A stretch of DNA of 60,487 nt from an uncultured Acidobacteriota bacterium (GCA_964353465.1 CAYGWQ010000002.1:1-60487), one strand, 5' to 3'; counted from the stretch's first letter, positions 38,028-47,574 are shown. Made by a program: numbers and translations. Notes: generated by a model from the letters alone, not told the origin.

Positions 38028-39554
38028 TCAGAAGACTGGATCGGCCATCTTCGCCAGGATGACGGCGGACGTTTTTTCCACATCCGCGTGCAGGGAGTTG
38101 CCATGCGAGTCCATGGTGACGATAGCCGGGAAGTCCTCCACGTCGAGGTGCCACATTGCTTCGGGAATCCCGAACTCCAGCAGGTACACATCCTTCACGC
38201 GCTTGATGCAGCGGCCATAGTACTGAGCAGCGCCTCCGATGGCGTTGAGATAGACCGCGCCGAAGTCCTTTAAGGCAGCCAGGGTTTTAGGCCCCATCCC
38301 GCCCTTCCCGATGACCGCGCGAATCCCGAAGCGCTTGATCACCTCCGCCTCATAGGGTTCCTCGCGGATGGAGGTGGTGGGCCCGGCTGCCGTCATTTTC
38401 CAGCTGCCGTTCTGCTTTAGCACCACCGGGCCACAGTGATAGAGGAGCCCGCCCGACAGATCGATGGGTGCCGGATTCTTCATGAGGTGCGCGTGGACCG
38501 CATCGCGACCGGTGAACATGTCGCCACGCAGGAGCACGATGTCCCCGACCTTCAGCTTGCGAATGACCGATTCGGAGACGGGTGACTGCAGCACGGTTTC
38601 TTTGCCTGTCCGCTGGAAGCCCTTGCCTTCAGCCATCGGCTTTTCCGGGACATTGGCATCGCGGTACAGCCAGCGCTTGATGGCCCCGGAGCGCGCGTCC
38701 AGAATGACGCCCAGACGCCGGAAGGCCCAACAATCATAGGCAACCGAGACGAAGAAGCATGCGGGCAGACGGTTCAGCGCGCCGATCTTGCAACCGATCA
38801 AAGTCGTCGCCCCGCCGAACCCCATGGCGCCAATGCCCAGAGTATTGGCCGCGGACATGATGTAATCCTCGAGGGCTGCAAGTTTGGGATCGGGATTCAC
38901 GTCATCGAGCAGGCGGAAGAGTTGCTCCTTGGCGTGCTGATACCCGGTAGTGCGATCTCCTCCGATGCCGACGCCGATGGCCCCCGGGGAGCAACCGTGG
39001 CCCTGTGCCTGCCAGACCGCGTGCAGAATGCACTTGCGCACCCCATCCAGCGTCCGGTCCGCACGTCCGAGGTGCGGCAGGTCGCAGGGAACCGAGTACT
39101 GAATGTTCTTGTTTTCGCACCCCCCGCCCTTTAACAGCAGCCTGACCTCGATCTCGTCGTCATGCTCCCACTGGTTCCAATGAAGAACCGGCGCGCCGGG
39201 GCCGAGGTTGTTGCCACTGTTCTTTCCGGTTATGGAATCGACCGAATTGGGGCGCAGCTTCCCCTGGCGGGTAGCTTCCGCCAGCGCCGACAGGATCTTT
39301 TGCTTCATGGCCAATTGGTTCGTGCCCATCGGCGTACGGATTTCGAATGTGGGCAGGCCGGTATCCTGGCATATGGGCCCGGTATCAGCGAGCGACATGT
39401 CCACATTGATGGCCATGACGTCGAGCGCGGATGCGGCCTGGCTCCCCGCCGTTTCCACGGCCATGGCCGCAGCCATCCGGTTGCGGACATCCGGGGGAAG
39501 ATTGGTAGACGTTTCGGTGATCAGCTTAAGCATGCTCTGCTCAAAATGTTCCAT
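38028..39554 (-). CDS. Class I (Fe-S) fumarate hydratase, fused alpha/beta type
   Basis: N-terminal catalytic domain with a Cys ligand context (GPICQDTGLP) and the C-terminal beta-domain motif (GKGGMG). The start was moved to the ATG at 39554 (MEHFEQSMLKL). Confidence 0.85.
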   Translation of the reverse strand: MEHFEQSMLKLITETSTNLPPDVRNRMAAAMAVETAGSQAASALDVMAINVDMSLADTGPICQDTGLPTFEIRTPMGTNQLAMKQKILSALAEATRQGKLRPNSVDSITGKNSGNNLGPGAPVLHWNQWEHDDEIEVRLLLKGGGCENKNIQYSVPCDLPHLGRADRTLDGVRKCILHAVWQAQGHGCSPGAIGVGIGGDRTTGYQHAKEQLFRLLDDVNPDPKLAALEDYIMSAANTLGIGAMGFGGATTLIGCKIGALNRLPACFFVSVAYDCWAFRRLGVILDARSGAIKRWLYRDANVPEKPMAEGKGFQRTGKETVLQSPVSESVIRKLKVGDIVLLRGDMFTGRDAVHAHLMKNPAPIDLSGGLLYHCGPVVLKQNGSWKMTAAGPTTSIREEPYEAEVIKRFGIRAVIGKGGMGPKTLAALKDFGAVYLNAIGGAAQYYGRCIKRVKDVYLLEFGIPEAMWHLDVEDFPAIVTMDSHGNSLHADVEKTSAVILAKMADPVF

Positions 39555-39773
39555 AGGTTTTGAACCTCGCGGCAAATAAATCGCAGAAAATACCTCACAC
39601 AAGATTGCTATACGAATCGGTGCTGACATTATAACACCGGTTCCGCCAATGGAATGGCATCTGTTCTTCCATCTGTGCAGGTTTTCCACACGCGCACGAC
39701 ATGGTATGCTTCAAAGGGAGTCGTTGCCTGTGCGTGAGGCAGTACTCAGCAGCACAGCCGGAAGGAACGGAAG

Positions 39774-40070
39774 ATGATTCTCTCGATGGACACCTGGCTC
39801 TTGCCGGCAATTGCCGCATCGTCATCCTCCTACCTGGTGTGTTTAGGCTGGGAGCGTTTTCGGAATTCCACGGCGCCAAGCAGGATGATGTCGGCCTTCC
39901 TGGCAGCCCTGAGTTTCCTTATGGGAGCGGTTTCGTCCTACCAGCGTTCCGTCTTGTTTGCAGTCAGCCCGGAAAACAATGTCATTGTCATGTTTGTGGT
40001 CGCCGCCAGTACAACCTACCTGTGGCTGCGCCTGCGGAAATATATCTTCAATCACAGATCGCGCCGCTAG
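39774..40070 (+). CDS. Hypothetical small membrane protein (98 aa)
   Basis: Three hydrophobic segments, followed by a 7-bp hairpin (ccttgcc/ggcaagg, 40080-40100). No homology recognisable. Confidence 0.4.
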   Translation: MILSMDTWLLPAIAASSSSYLVCLGWERFRNSTAPSRMMSAFLAALSFLMGAVSSYQRSVLFAVSPENNVIVMFVVAASTTYLWLRLRKYIFNHRSRR

Positions 40071-40424
40071 AGGTGATGTCCTTGCCTGGTCCCGGCAAGG
40101 GAGGCTGTGGTGGGAAGAGTGGTGTGCGAGACGCTGCGCGGCATGCGGTCCCCTCACCCGTGTTTCACTGAAAACCGAGCGCTTCTCCGCCTGAAACACA
40201 GCGTCCCGCACATAAGCAGATAGAGAAGGGTTCACACCTCCATGATCTGCCTTCGAGTTTTTTCTTGTACTGAACCCCATATCGACGTCATCCTTTGAAT
40301 CATTACAGCTTTTTTATTTCGCAGGTTATTCACCCATTGATCTTTATTGACTTATACTGATGTGTGTAGTACTTAAAAACAGCCAATAAGCAGTGGATTT
40401 TGTTCCACGAAAGGAATTCTATTC

Positions 40425-40700
40425 ATGCCCAGCGAACGACAGAGAATATTGGAACTGGCACTGGAATCTCTGCATAGCAAAAAGAAGCAGATTGATGATG
40501 AGATTGCTGACCTGATCCGTGAGTTGAAGCGGGGCAGAGCACCCAAGAGCACGCTGTCCGCTGGTGGAACTGCTCCCGTAGCCAAGAAGGCGGTCACGAA
40601 GCGGAAGCGGTCGCGTTTTTCCAGAGAAGAACGCGAGCGGCGATCGGCGCGCATGAAGGCATATTGGGATAAGTGGCGCAAAGAGAAGGGGCGGAAATAA
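40425..40700 (+). CDS. Small basic coiled-coil protein (91 aa) with RGR motif
   Basis: ATG preceded by GAAAGGAA. The N-terminal part is heptad-like (ILELALESLHSKKKQIDDEIADLIRELK), followed by KRGRAPK and a K/R-rich tail. The upstream region is AT-rich. Confidence 0.55.
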   Translation: MPSERQRILELALESLHSKKKQIDDEIADLIRELKRGRAPKSTLSAGGTAPVAKKAVTKRKRSRFSREERERRSARMKAYWDKWRKEKGRK

Positions 40701-40710
40701 CCGGCATCCC

Positions 40711-41277
40711 ATGATGCGCGCCGGGATCTGGATCTGCATCGGATTGATGGTCCTGCTGGCCGTCGCTACGGGGCTCTGGCTTAACTCTCGGACCTCGAAG
40801 TACGACGAGATCATTGCCCGGGCGGCCGTAAACTACGATGTGGATTTCTACCTGGTAAAAGCGCTGATCTATGAAGAGAGCTGGTTCCGCGCAGACATTC
40901 GCGGCGCTGCCGGAGAATTGGGGCTAATGCAGGTGACGCTGGGGGCCGCGGCGGATTTCTCCTCTTACAACGGTCTTCCCCCGGTGAGTGAAACCAAGCT
41001 GCTGGAGCCGAGCCTGAACGTGGATATCGGCTGCTGGTATCTGAAACAGTCGCTGGAGCGCTATAAGAACTCACCGGCGCCGACACTATTTGCTCTTCTT
41101 CGTTACAATGCCGGGGAGGCCCGAGCGGATCAGTGGCTGCGCTTGGCCCGGGCGAATCCTGTGCCAACACGGATGCGTCCGGAACAGCATTACCTGTCGC
41201 TCGTGGATTTCCCTACGACCCGCGAATATGTGCGCCGCATCCTGCGTCGTACCAACAGCCGCAATTACTGGTTTTGA
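40711..41277 (+). CDS. Lytic transglycosylase (SLT domain) with N-terminal membrane anchor
   Basis: SLT catalytic motif (ALIYEESWFRADIRGAAGELGLMQV) and an N-terminal TM segment (GIWICIGLMVLLAVA). Confidence 0.85.
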   Translation: MMRAGIWICIGLMVLLAVATGLWLNSRTSKYDEIIARAAVNYDVDFYLVKALIYEESWFRADIRGAAGELGLMQVTLGAAADFSSYNGLPPVSETKLLEPSLNVDIGCWYLKQSLERYKNSPAPTLFALLRYNAGEARADQWLRLARANPVPTRMRPEQHYLSLVDFPTTREYVRRILRRTNSRNYWF

Positions 41278-41367
41278 GCAGGCCGTGACAAAGTATGAAA
41301 ACACATACTCTGTCACGGCCGCCGGTTTGCTGCCGAGTTGAACTGCCAGCTGTCGCCGGCCGCTCGA

Positions 41368-41859
41368 CTACTTCTTGTCGTAGACCTGCTTCCGGATTGT
41401 CTCGGTGCCATCCTGGCCAACCCGGGCAGTGGCAACGGTCAGGGTCTTGCCGTCCTCAGCCAGGGTGTACGATACCTTTAATGGGGTTGCTTCGCCTCCG
41501 CGCCCGGGCTGCGTTCCCGTAATTGACACGGTATTGCCGCTCACAACCGCCTTGTATTTGGTATCGCCCATCTGGGCCGTGATGGTGTGTTCGGCGCCGT
41601 CCATGATGTACTTTGTTTCCATGGTATTCTCGCCCATGGTCCGAGTGATAACCATTTCATTGCCGGTCTGCTTGATCACAAGAGGCGTGGCAGCACCACC
41701 ACCGCGGCCGCCGCCGCCGCCGCCACCACCACCGCCCCGGGCGGCTGCCGGATCGCTCTTTTCCGTATTTACTGCCCATGTACCGCTGAAATCAACGCCT
41801 GCCACGACGATGGCAGCCAGACCCAGCAAAATGGCCAACAACAAAAGTGCTTTCTTCAT
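41368..41859 (-). CDS. Secreted hypothetical protein with poly-glycine tract
   Basis: The ATG at 41859 follows AAAGGAGAAAAC. Signal peptide MKKALLLLAILLGLAAIVVAG, then a G10-R-G3 tract, then a beta-rich ~100 aa. Confidence 0.65.
   Translation of the reverse strand: MKKALLLLAILLGLAAIVVAGVDFSGTWAVNTEKSDPAAARGGGGGGGGGGRGGGAATPLVIKQTGNEMVITRTMGENTMETKYIMDGAEHTITAQMGDTKYKAVVSGNTVSITGTQPGRGGEATPLKVSYTLAEDGKTLTVATARVGQDGTETIRKQVYDKK
41707..41733. repeat. Trinucleotide microsatellite (gcc)x6 (acc)x3 inside the poly-Gly codons
   Basis: Read directly from the plus strand: gccgccgccgccgccgccaccaccacc. Confidence 0.9.
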
Positions 41860-42033
41860 GTTTTCTCCTTTGGTAAACATTGAGGGACTGAAAAGCCTGA
41901 TCGAACGCATCTCTCAGGTAAAACTAGACTTAATGTTCCAAAACTCAAGTGCAGCGCTGCTCATAAGCAGACTACTATCCTCACCGTTGGACGGGTGACG
42001 CACTGGTTAATACGCCGGCGGGCGGGCGATATT

Positions 42034-42759
42034 TCAAAGTTTCTGGTTTTTTGGCAGTTGTGCTGCGATCTCCTCGACAATTCTATCTGCCGCCTGGGCC
42101 GGATCCTGTGCCTGGAGTACCGGCCTGCCCACGACGAGAAAGCCGGCTCCACCCCTGATGGCCTCCGCAGGCGTCGCCGTGCGTGCCTGATCCTGGGTGG
42201 GAGCACCCTCCGGCCGGATGCCGGGAATAACAAACTGTATTGTATCACCTAATTTGCGCCGGAGGTGGGGAAGTTCATGCGCGGAAGCCACGAGGCCGGG
42301 GATTCCTGCCTGGCACGCCAGCCCGGCAAGCCGTTCCACCCAGATTGCCAATTCGTCCTGGACGCCGATGCTGCGGGCATCATCAAGCGAGAGGCTGGTC
42401 AGAGCGGTGACGGCGAGCAGCAGGGGCGGAGACGATACGGTCTGGGCTGCTTCGCGGGCCGCCTCGAGCATCCTCCTGCCTCCGCCGGCATGCAGCGTCA
42501 GCATCGAAATTCCAAGCCGGCACGCCGCGCGTACCGCACCGGCTACGGTGTTCGGAATGTCATGCAATTTCAGGTCAAGGAAAACCTTCTCCCCTCGCCC
42601 GACAATTTCCTGGACAAGCGCCGGGCCCTCGCTCACGAAAATCTCGAGGCCCAGTTTGAAGCATCCTACATGTCCCCTAAGCCGGTCGACCGCGGCAAGA
42701 GCGGCCGCGCGGTCGGGAACGTCTACAGCCACAATCAGGCGCGAGCGTGCTTCCTTCAT
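42034..42759 (-). CDS. pyrF: Orotidine 5'-phosphate decarboxylase
   Basis: LIVAVDV.., FKLGLEIF, and [11 protein letters not shown] (the catalytic DxKxxD region). The start overlaps the pyrD stop (ATGA). Confidence 0.9.
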   Translation of the reverse strand: MKEARSRLIVAVDVPDRAAALAAVDRLRGHVGCFKLGLEIFVSEGPALVQEIVGRGEKVFLDLKLHDIPNTVAGAVRAACRLGISMLTLHAGGGRRMLEAAREAAQTVSSPPLLLAVTALTSLSLDDARSIGVQDELAIWVERLAGLACQAGIPGLVASAHELPHLRRKLGDTIQFVIPGIRPEGAPTQDQARTATPAEAIRGGAGFLVVGRPVLQAQDPAQAADRIVEEIAAQLPKNQKL

Positions 42760-43715
42760 ACTTGAAGACTCCCCACGATTTCATTGATATCCCGGATGTT
42801 ATGAGTTCGGCAGTATTCTCCGAGGCCCAGTGCGATCTGCTGAGAGGCGTCGGGATGATAGAAGTTCGCCGTTCCAACCTGAATCGCCCGTGCTCCGGCC
42901 ATGAGGAACTCCAGGGCATCTTCGCAGCTGGCGATGCCTCCCATGCCGATCACAGGTATCTTGACGGCGCGGGATGCCTCCCAGACCATGCGGAGCGCCA
43001 CGGGTTTGATGGCCGGGCCCGACAAGCCTCCGGTGACAAAGCGCAACCGTGGCCGCCGGCTTTCGATGTCGATCGCCATGCCCACGAGCGTGTTGATGGC
43101 AGAGATGGCGTCCGCACCTGCATCTTCGCAGGCGCGGGCAAAGTCCTTAATATCAGTGACATTCGGTGAGAGCTTGACCCAAAGGGGAATTCTGGGCGAG
43201 GCCTTCTTGGCCTCTGCGGTGACCTTGAATGTGTCGCGCGGATCCTTGTTGAAGTGAAAGCCGCCATGCTTCACGTTCGGGCACGAGATGTTGAGTTCAA
43301 GAGCGGCAATTCCCTCAAAATCATTGAGGAATCGGGTTACCTCAAGGTATTCATCCAGGCTGAAGCCGACAACGTTCACGATAACGTTCGTCCGGTACTT
43401 CCGGAGGGCCGGGAGTTTTTTGGCAACGAATTCCGTCGCGCCGATATTCTGCCAGCCGATTGCGTTCAACATGCCCGAGGCGGTCTCATAGATGCGCGGT
43501 GGCGGGTTGCCTTCGATCGGTTTCATCGAGATGCCCTTCACCACGATCCCCCCGATCGAGCCGAGGTCCATCAGGTGGGCAAATTCGACTCCGTACGCAA
43601 AAGTCCCGCTGGCTGTGAGCACGGGATTTTTAAACGTAACACCCCCGATGTTCACTGCCATTTTCGTCAATTGGGCCGGTTTCTGCCGGACGGTCACAGA
43701 GTTTTGTCTTTTCAT
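42756..43715 (-). CDS. pyrD: Dihydroorotate dehydrogenase, class 1B catalytic subunit
   Basis: [20 protein letters not shown], and GGI..GED-type C-terminus ([15 protein letters not shown]). Paired with pyrK upstream. An alternative start is at 43661. Confidence 0.9.
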   Translation of the reverse strand: MKRQNSVTVRQKPAQLTKMAVNIGGVTFKNPVLTASGTFAYGVEFAHLMDLGSIGGIVVKGISMKPIEGNPPPRIYETASGMLNAIGWQNIGATEFVAKKLPALRKYRTNVIVNVVGFSLDEYLEVTRFLNDFEGIAALELNISCPNVKHGGFHFNKDPRDTFKVTAEAKKASPRIPLWVKLSPNVTDIKDFARACEDAGADAISAINTLVGMAIDIESRRPRLRFVTGGLSGPAIKPVALRMVWEASRAVKIPVIGMGGIASCEDALEFLMAGARAIQVGTANFYHPDASQQIALGLGEYCRTHNIRDINEIVGSLQV

Positions 43716-43721
43716 GAATCC

Positions 43722-44561
43722 TCAGAGAGGTGGCGAGTCCCAATCAACCATCCGGCTGCTGACCACCGGACCTTCCATGCACACACGCATGAAACGGGGC
43801 GAGCCGCGATCACCATGAACCTGGACTACGCATCCCATGCAGGCGCCCAGGGAGCACCCCATGCGCGCTTCCAGGCTGACGTCGCAATCCACTCGATGCC
43901 GCTCTGCTAAGGCGTGAGCGGCCTTCATCATCGCCCAGGGGCCGCAGGCAAACATCTGCAGACCCTCGCGGAAGTGATCTTTGAGGAAGCGGTGCAACGG
44001 CGCTGTCACCAGACCCTTCTCCCCGAGCGAACCATCTTCTGTGGCGTAATAGGCCTGGATCCCAAGGCGTTCAAAATAATCACGCAGTACCAGCTCCTCG
44101 GCGGTCCGCGCACCATAGAAAAACACGGGCGCCACCTCGATGTCGATCAGTGCGCGGGCCAGCAGGTAGAGAGCGGCGATGCCGACTCCGCCGGCAACCA
44201 GGCAGGCGAAACGGACCTTATCCGCCATATTTTCGGGCAACTGGAAAGGGTGTCCCTGCGGTCCCAGGGTGCAGAGCTCCTGGCCGGGCCGGACCTTCAC
44301 CAGTTTGTGGGTGCCGATGCCGACGTCCTTGACAAGAATCTCCAGGCCGGCGGGAGTCTTCGAGCGAGCGCGATGGCGGATGGCGAAAATGCTGAACGGG
44401 CGCCGGAGGAGCGGGTTCTCATCCACATCCTCGCAGCATTTCACCATGAGAAACTGTCCCGGGCGAACCAGGCGGGCCTGTTCGGGCGCGTTCAACGTCA
44501 GCAGATAATTCGCGGCGCCAAGGTTCCGGACCTCTCTCACTTTGACTCTTCTATCCAACAT
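43722..44561 (-). CDS. pyrK: Dihydroorotate dehydrogenase electron-transfer subunit (FAD / 2Fe-2S)
   Basis: Ferredoxin-reductase-like fold (RPFSI, GGVGIA) and the C-terminal Cys cluster (MGCSLGACMGC..C). Confidence 0.85.
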   Translation of the reverse strand: MLDRRVKVREVRNLGAANYLLTLNAPEQARLVRPGQFLMVKCCEDVDENPLLRRPFSIFAIRHRARSKTPAGLEILVKDVGIGTHKLVKVRPGQELCTLGPQGHPFQLPENMADKVRFACLVAGGVGIAALYLLARALIDIEVAPVFFYGARTAEELVLRDYFERLGIQAYYATEDGSLGEKGLVTAPLHRFLKDHFREGLQMFACGPWAMMKAAHALAERHRVDCDVSLEARMGCSLGACMGCVVQVHGDRGSPRFMRVCMEGPVVSSRMVDWDSPPL

Positions 44562-44745
44562 GCGGCTTGCACCTCAATGGAAACCTCGCAATCCAGGAAC
44601 TTGATCCCGGAAATGCGTCACGGGATTTCGATCCCATCCTCTGATTACCGACGGATATGGCAGCCGCAACGCCTTTGCGACCGCCTTTTCCCTGTGATAA
44701 GATCCGGCCGCCTCTTGGTGACAACTTCTGGATCGATGGCATCTC

Positions 44746-45054
44746 ATGGTGAATACGAACCGGAACCAGGCAAAACTCATTATGGCCGGCGCCGGGATTG
44801 ACCTGGCGCTGGCCCGCATCGCGGCCGAAATCGTCGAGAGGCTGGATCATGCCGGCCCTCTTGCTGTCCTCGGGATCCCGCGTCGTAGCGCGCATCAGGC
44901 CAGCCGACTCTGCAGGAAGCTCGATGCGATTCTCAAACGACCCATGCTGCAAGGCGTTCTAAATATTACCCTATATCGAGATGATCTTACCACTGTCAGC
45001 GAGAGGCCAATGCTGTGCGGGACCTTGATTGCATTCGACATCAATATCCTATGA
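44746..45054 (+). pseudogene. pyrR: Truncated pyrR (N-terminal ~100 aa of the bifunctional regulator/UPRTase only)
   Basis: Aligns with the PyrR N-terminal half (ALARIAAEIVER, VLGIPRR, NITLYRDDL). It stops at ..FDINIL*, just before where the PRPP loop (VILVDDVLYTGRT) should be. The stop overlaps the pyrC ATG (ATGA). Confidence 0.6.
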
Positions 45055-46325
45055 ATCTCATCCTCCGCCAAGGCAGAATCGTAGATCCATCGCAGAAGCT
45101 GGACTGTGTCGCCGATCTCGGTATCGAAGACGGATGCGTGGTCGAGATTGCGGCTAGCATCCGGGCACAAGGTCGCAAGGAAATCGACGCTGCCGGCCTC
45201 ATCGTGGTGCCGGGATTCATTGACATGCATGTCCACCTGCGTGAGCCGGGGCGGGAAGATGCCGAGACCATTGAAACCGGCACTCAGGCTGCGGCCCGCG
45301 GCGGTTTCACTGCCGTTGCATGCATGCCCAACACGCAGCCGGTCAATGACTCCGCGGCCGTCACCGCCTTCATCCTCGAACGGGCTCGCGAAGTTTCCAG
45401 GATCCCCGTTTATCCGATAGGCGCCATCACCATGGGGAGCAAAGGGGAGATCCTGGTGGATATCCGTGAAATGGCCCGGGCGGGTATCGTCGCGATCAGT
45501 GACGACGGTCGTGGGATCCAGAACAACCAGGTCATGAGGCGGGCCATGGAGGCCGCGCGGCTTTGGGATCTCCCCATCATCGACCATTGTGAAGACAAGG
45601 ATCTTGCCGCCGGCGGTTGCATGAATGAAGGCTCATGCGCCTCCCGGCTGGGCTGGGGAGGAATCAACCCGGACGCAGAAGAAATCCAGGTGGTGCGGGA
45701 TGCCATCCTCGCCCGCCGCACAGGAGCCAGTGTGCACATTGCCCACGTTTCCACCCGGCACGCCCTGGAGGCGGTGAAACGGGCCCGGCAGGAGGGCATC
45801 GCCATCACTTGCGAAGTCACTCCCCATCATCTGCTGCTCACTGAAGAAATCGTCCCATCGCTGGGCACCCATGCCAAAATGAACCCACCTCTGCGCACGC
45901 AGCAGGATGTGGACGCTCTGGGCGAGGCACTGGTTTCGGGGGCCATCGACGTAATCGCCACCGACCACGCTCCGCACACGGTCAACGACAAGATGCTCGA
46001 GTTTGACCATGCTCCATTCGGGATTGTCGGTCTCGAAACCGCCGTGAGCCTGATCTTGGACCGGTTCGTCCGTCCCGGGATTCTGAGCATCGCGCGGCTG
46101 GTCGAGGTCTTTTCCATCAATCCCGCCCGCATCCTGAATCTGAAACACGGGACACTTGCCAGGGGCGCACCGGCCGACATTACGATTCTCGATCCTGAGT
46201 CACACTGTGAGGTCCGCAGTTCGGAGTTCCTGTCCCGCAGCCGCAACACCCCCTATGAAGGCTGGAAGCTGCGAGGCGGTCCGGCTGTGACTATTGTCCG
46301 AGGCAAAGTAGTCTGGTGTCGCTGA
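45051..46325 (+). CDS. pyrC: Dihydroorotase (class I)
   Basis: Metal ligands (DMHVHLREPG, the ATDHAPH region) and a typical N-terminus (LILRQGRIVDP). Start at the ATG at 45051. Confidence 0.9.
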   Translation: MNLILRQGRIVDPSQKLDCVADLGIEDGCVVEIAASIRAQGRKEIDAAGLIVVPGFIDMHVHLREPGREDAETIETGTQAAARGGFTAVACMPNTQPVNDSAAVTAFILERAREVSRIPVYPIGAITMGSKGEILVDIREMARAGIVAISDDGRGIQNNQVMRRAMEAARLWDLPIIDHCEDKDLAAGGCMNEGSCASRLGWGGINPDAEEIQVVRDAILARRTGASVHIAHVSTRHALEAVKRARQEGIAITCEVTPHHLLLTEEIVPSLGTHAKMNPPLRTQQDVDALGEALVSGAIDVIATDHAPHTVNDKMLEFDHAPFGIVGLETAVSLILDRFVRPGILSIARLVEVFSINPARILNLKHGTLARGAPADITILDPESHCEVRSSEFLSRSRNTPYEGWKLRGGPAVTIVRGKVVWCR

Positions 46326-46341
46326 TGAGCTCAGGCTGCGC

Positions 46342-46563
46342 AACTGTTTAGCCCTGGGAAAGCAGCCACGGATTACACGGATTCACACGGAGTCCTCCTC
46401 TCTGAAATTCGGGCCGCCAAAGGCCACGTCGTTTCGGGGACAGCAATAGTCCAATCGCGACAGAACGCTAGGGTTGAAATCCGTGAAGTCCGTGAAGTCC
46501 GTGTAATCCGTGGCGGCTTTTGTTTTTTGGTAGGTCTCCTCCTTTCCAGTGGGCTAAACAGTT
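46342..46563. repeat. About 220-nt element with ~50-nt imperfect terminal inverted repeats (MITE-like / structured intergenic element)
   Basis: aactgtttagccc (46342-46354) is the exact reverse complement of gggctaaacagtt (46551-46563). The inner arms gccacggattacacggattcacacgga and tccgtgaagtccgtgaagtccgtgtaatccgtggc are imperfectly complementary. Confidence 0.7.
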
Positions 46564-46592
46564 ACCAGGTTGCGGGATGAAGCGGCTCGGTT

Positions 46593-46967
46593 CTATTTGC
46601 CCCTGGTCTTGGGGCGGGAGTCTGGAGCTGCAGGGCGTGATTCTGATGCGGGAGGAGTCTCCGGCTCGCGCGGCGGGACCTCCTGGATGATCTCCCCTTT
46701 TTTCCCATACCCTTTTTTGCGTGCATACTCCTCGATGGCCTTTTCGTTATCGCGCAAAGCGTTCACGACGTTCGTCTGGTGCTCGATGGATTTCCGGAGC
46801 GCGTCGACACGTGCGGTCTGGGCCGCCAATTCCGCCTGAACCTTCCGCATCTCGAGGTACCCCGCGGGGCCGACGATGCTGAGTAATCCGATGAGCAGAA
46901 CCATCAAAATGCAGCAGATATAAAACAGTTCCTTTGCGTGAGTTACTCTCTTTCTGTTGTCGGCCAT
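46593..46967 (-). CDS. ftsB: Septum formation initiator (FtsB/DivIC family)
   Basis: A single N-terminal TM segment followed by a coiled coil (GYLEMRKVQAELAAQTARVDALRKSIE..) and the typical EEYARKKGYGKKGE motif. Confidence 0.8.
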   Translation of the reverse strand: MADNRKRVTHAKELFYICCILMVLLIGLLSIVGPAGYLEMRKVQAELAAQTARVDALRKSIEHQTNVVNALRDNEKAIEEYARKKGYGKKGEIIQEVPPREPETPPASESRPAAPDSRPKTRGK

Positions 46968-47057
46968 GGCTCGCCGCATGCACGAGTTGATTGACTTCGC
47001 TCTAACGGGGGCATGATACTGAGACTTGGCTGGTCATGCAATCTAATTTAGCCGGAC

Positions 47058-47396
47058 ATGGGTATCATGAATGAACTCCTCATTGTAACCACTGCGGACA
47101 GCGAATCCTTGGCGTGCCGGATCGCGTCCGCGCTCGTGGAAGCCGGCGAGGCGGCCTGTGTCAATATTGTTCCCGGTGTGCGCTCCATCTATAAATGGGA
47201 AGGAGAGGTCTGTGATGAGGGGGAGTTCCTGCTGATAATCAAGACCACGGCAGACAGGTGGGAAGCGGTCCGATCCCACATCCGGCAGCTCCATTCCTAT
47301 CAGGTCCCGGAAGTGATTGCGCTGTCGATCACCGCGGGAGATCCGGACTACCTGAGCTGGCTGGGAGAGCAGGTGAAGTCCCCAAAGGGCGATTGA
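47058..47396 (+). CDS. cutA: Divalent-cation tolerance protein CutA
   Basis: The family motif is seen as CVNIVPGVRSIYKWEGEV, followed by HSYQVPEVIAL. 112 aa. Confidence 0.9.
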   Translation: MGIMNELLIVTTADSESLACRIASALVEAGEAACVNIVPGVRSIYKWEGEVCDEGEFLLIIKTTADRWEAVRSHIRQLHSYQVPEVIALSITAGDPDYLSWLGEQVKSPKGD

Positions 47397-47456
47397 CGCG
47401 TGACATCCGGATTCGGGACCTTTGCCGCAGCCGGCGAAAAGCAAAACAGGAACCAG

Positions 47457-47569
47457 AAACCACGAAATACACGAAAAGGAGCGGCATGCCGGGCTTTACA
47501 TTTGGAGCATGATCCCAAACCGATTCCTAGGCATGCCCAGACTCGGACATTTCGTGTATTTCGTGGTTT
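47457..47569. repeat. 20-bp perfect inverted repeat with 73-nt spacer (hairpin element / bidirectional terminator candidate)
   Basis: aaaccacgaaatacacgaaa (47457-47476) is the exact reverse complement of tttcgtgtatttcgtggttt (47550-47569). Inner ggcatgcc palindromes are present. It lies between convergent cutA and the crotonase gene. Confidence 0.7.
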
Positions 47570-47574
47570 CGTGT

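Noticed and set aside
44562-44745. PyrR-binding attenuator hairpin in the pyrK/pyrR divergent region
   Set aside because: Only a 6-bp stem (atcccg/cgggat) was seen. The conserved PyrR binding-loop sequence (..CCAGAGAGG..) is absent.
46440-46500. gggttgaaatcc resembling a tRNA T-arm/loop
   Set aside because: No acceptor stem, D-arm or anticodon arm can be built around it. It lies inside the MITE-like element next to the tccgtga tandem words.
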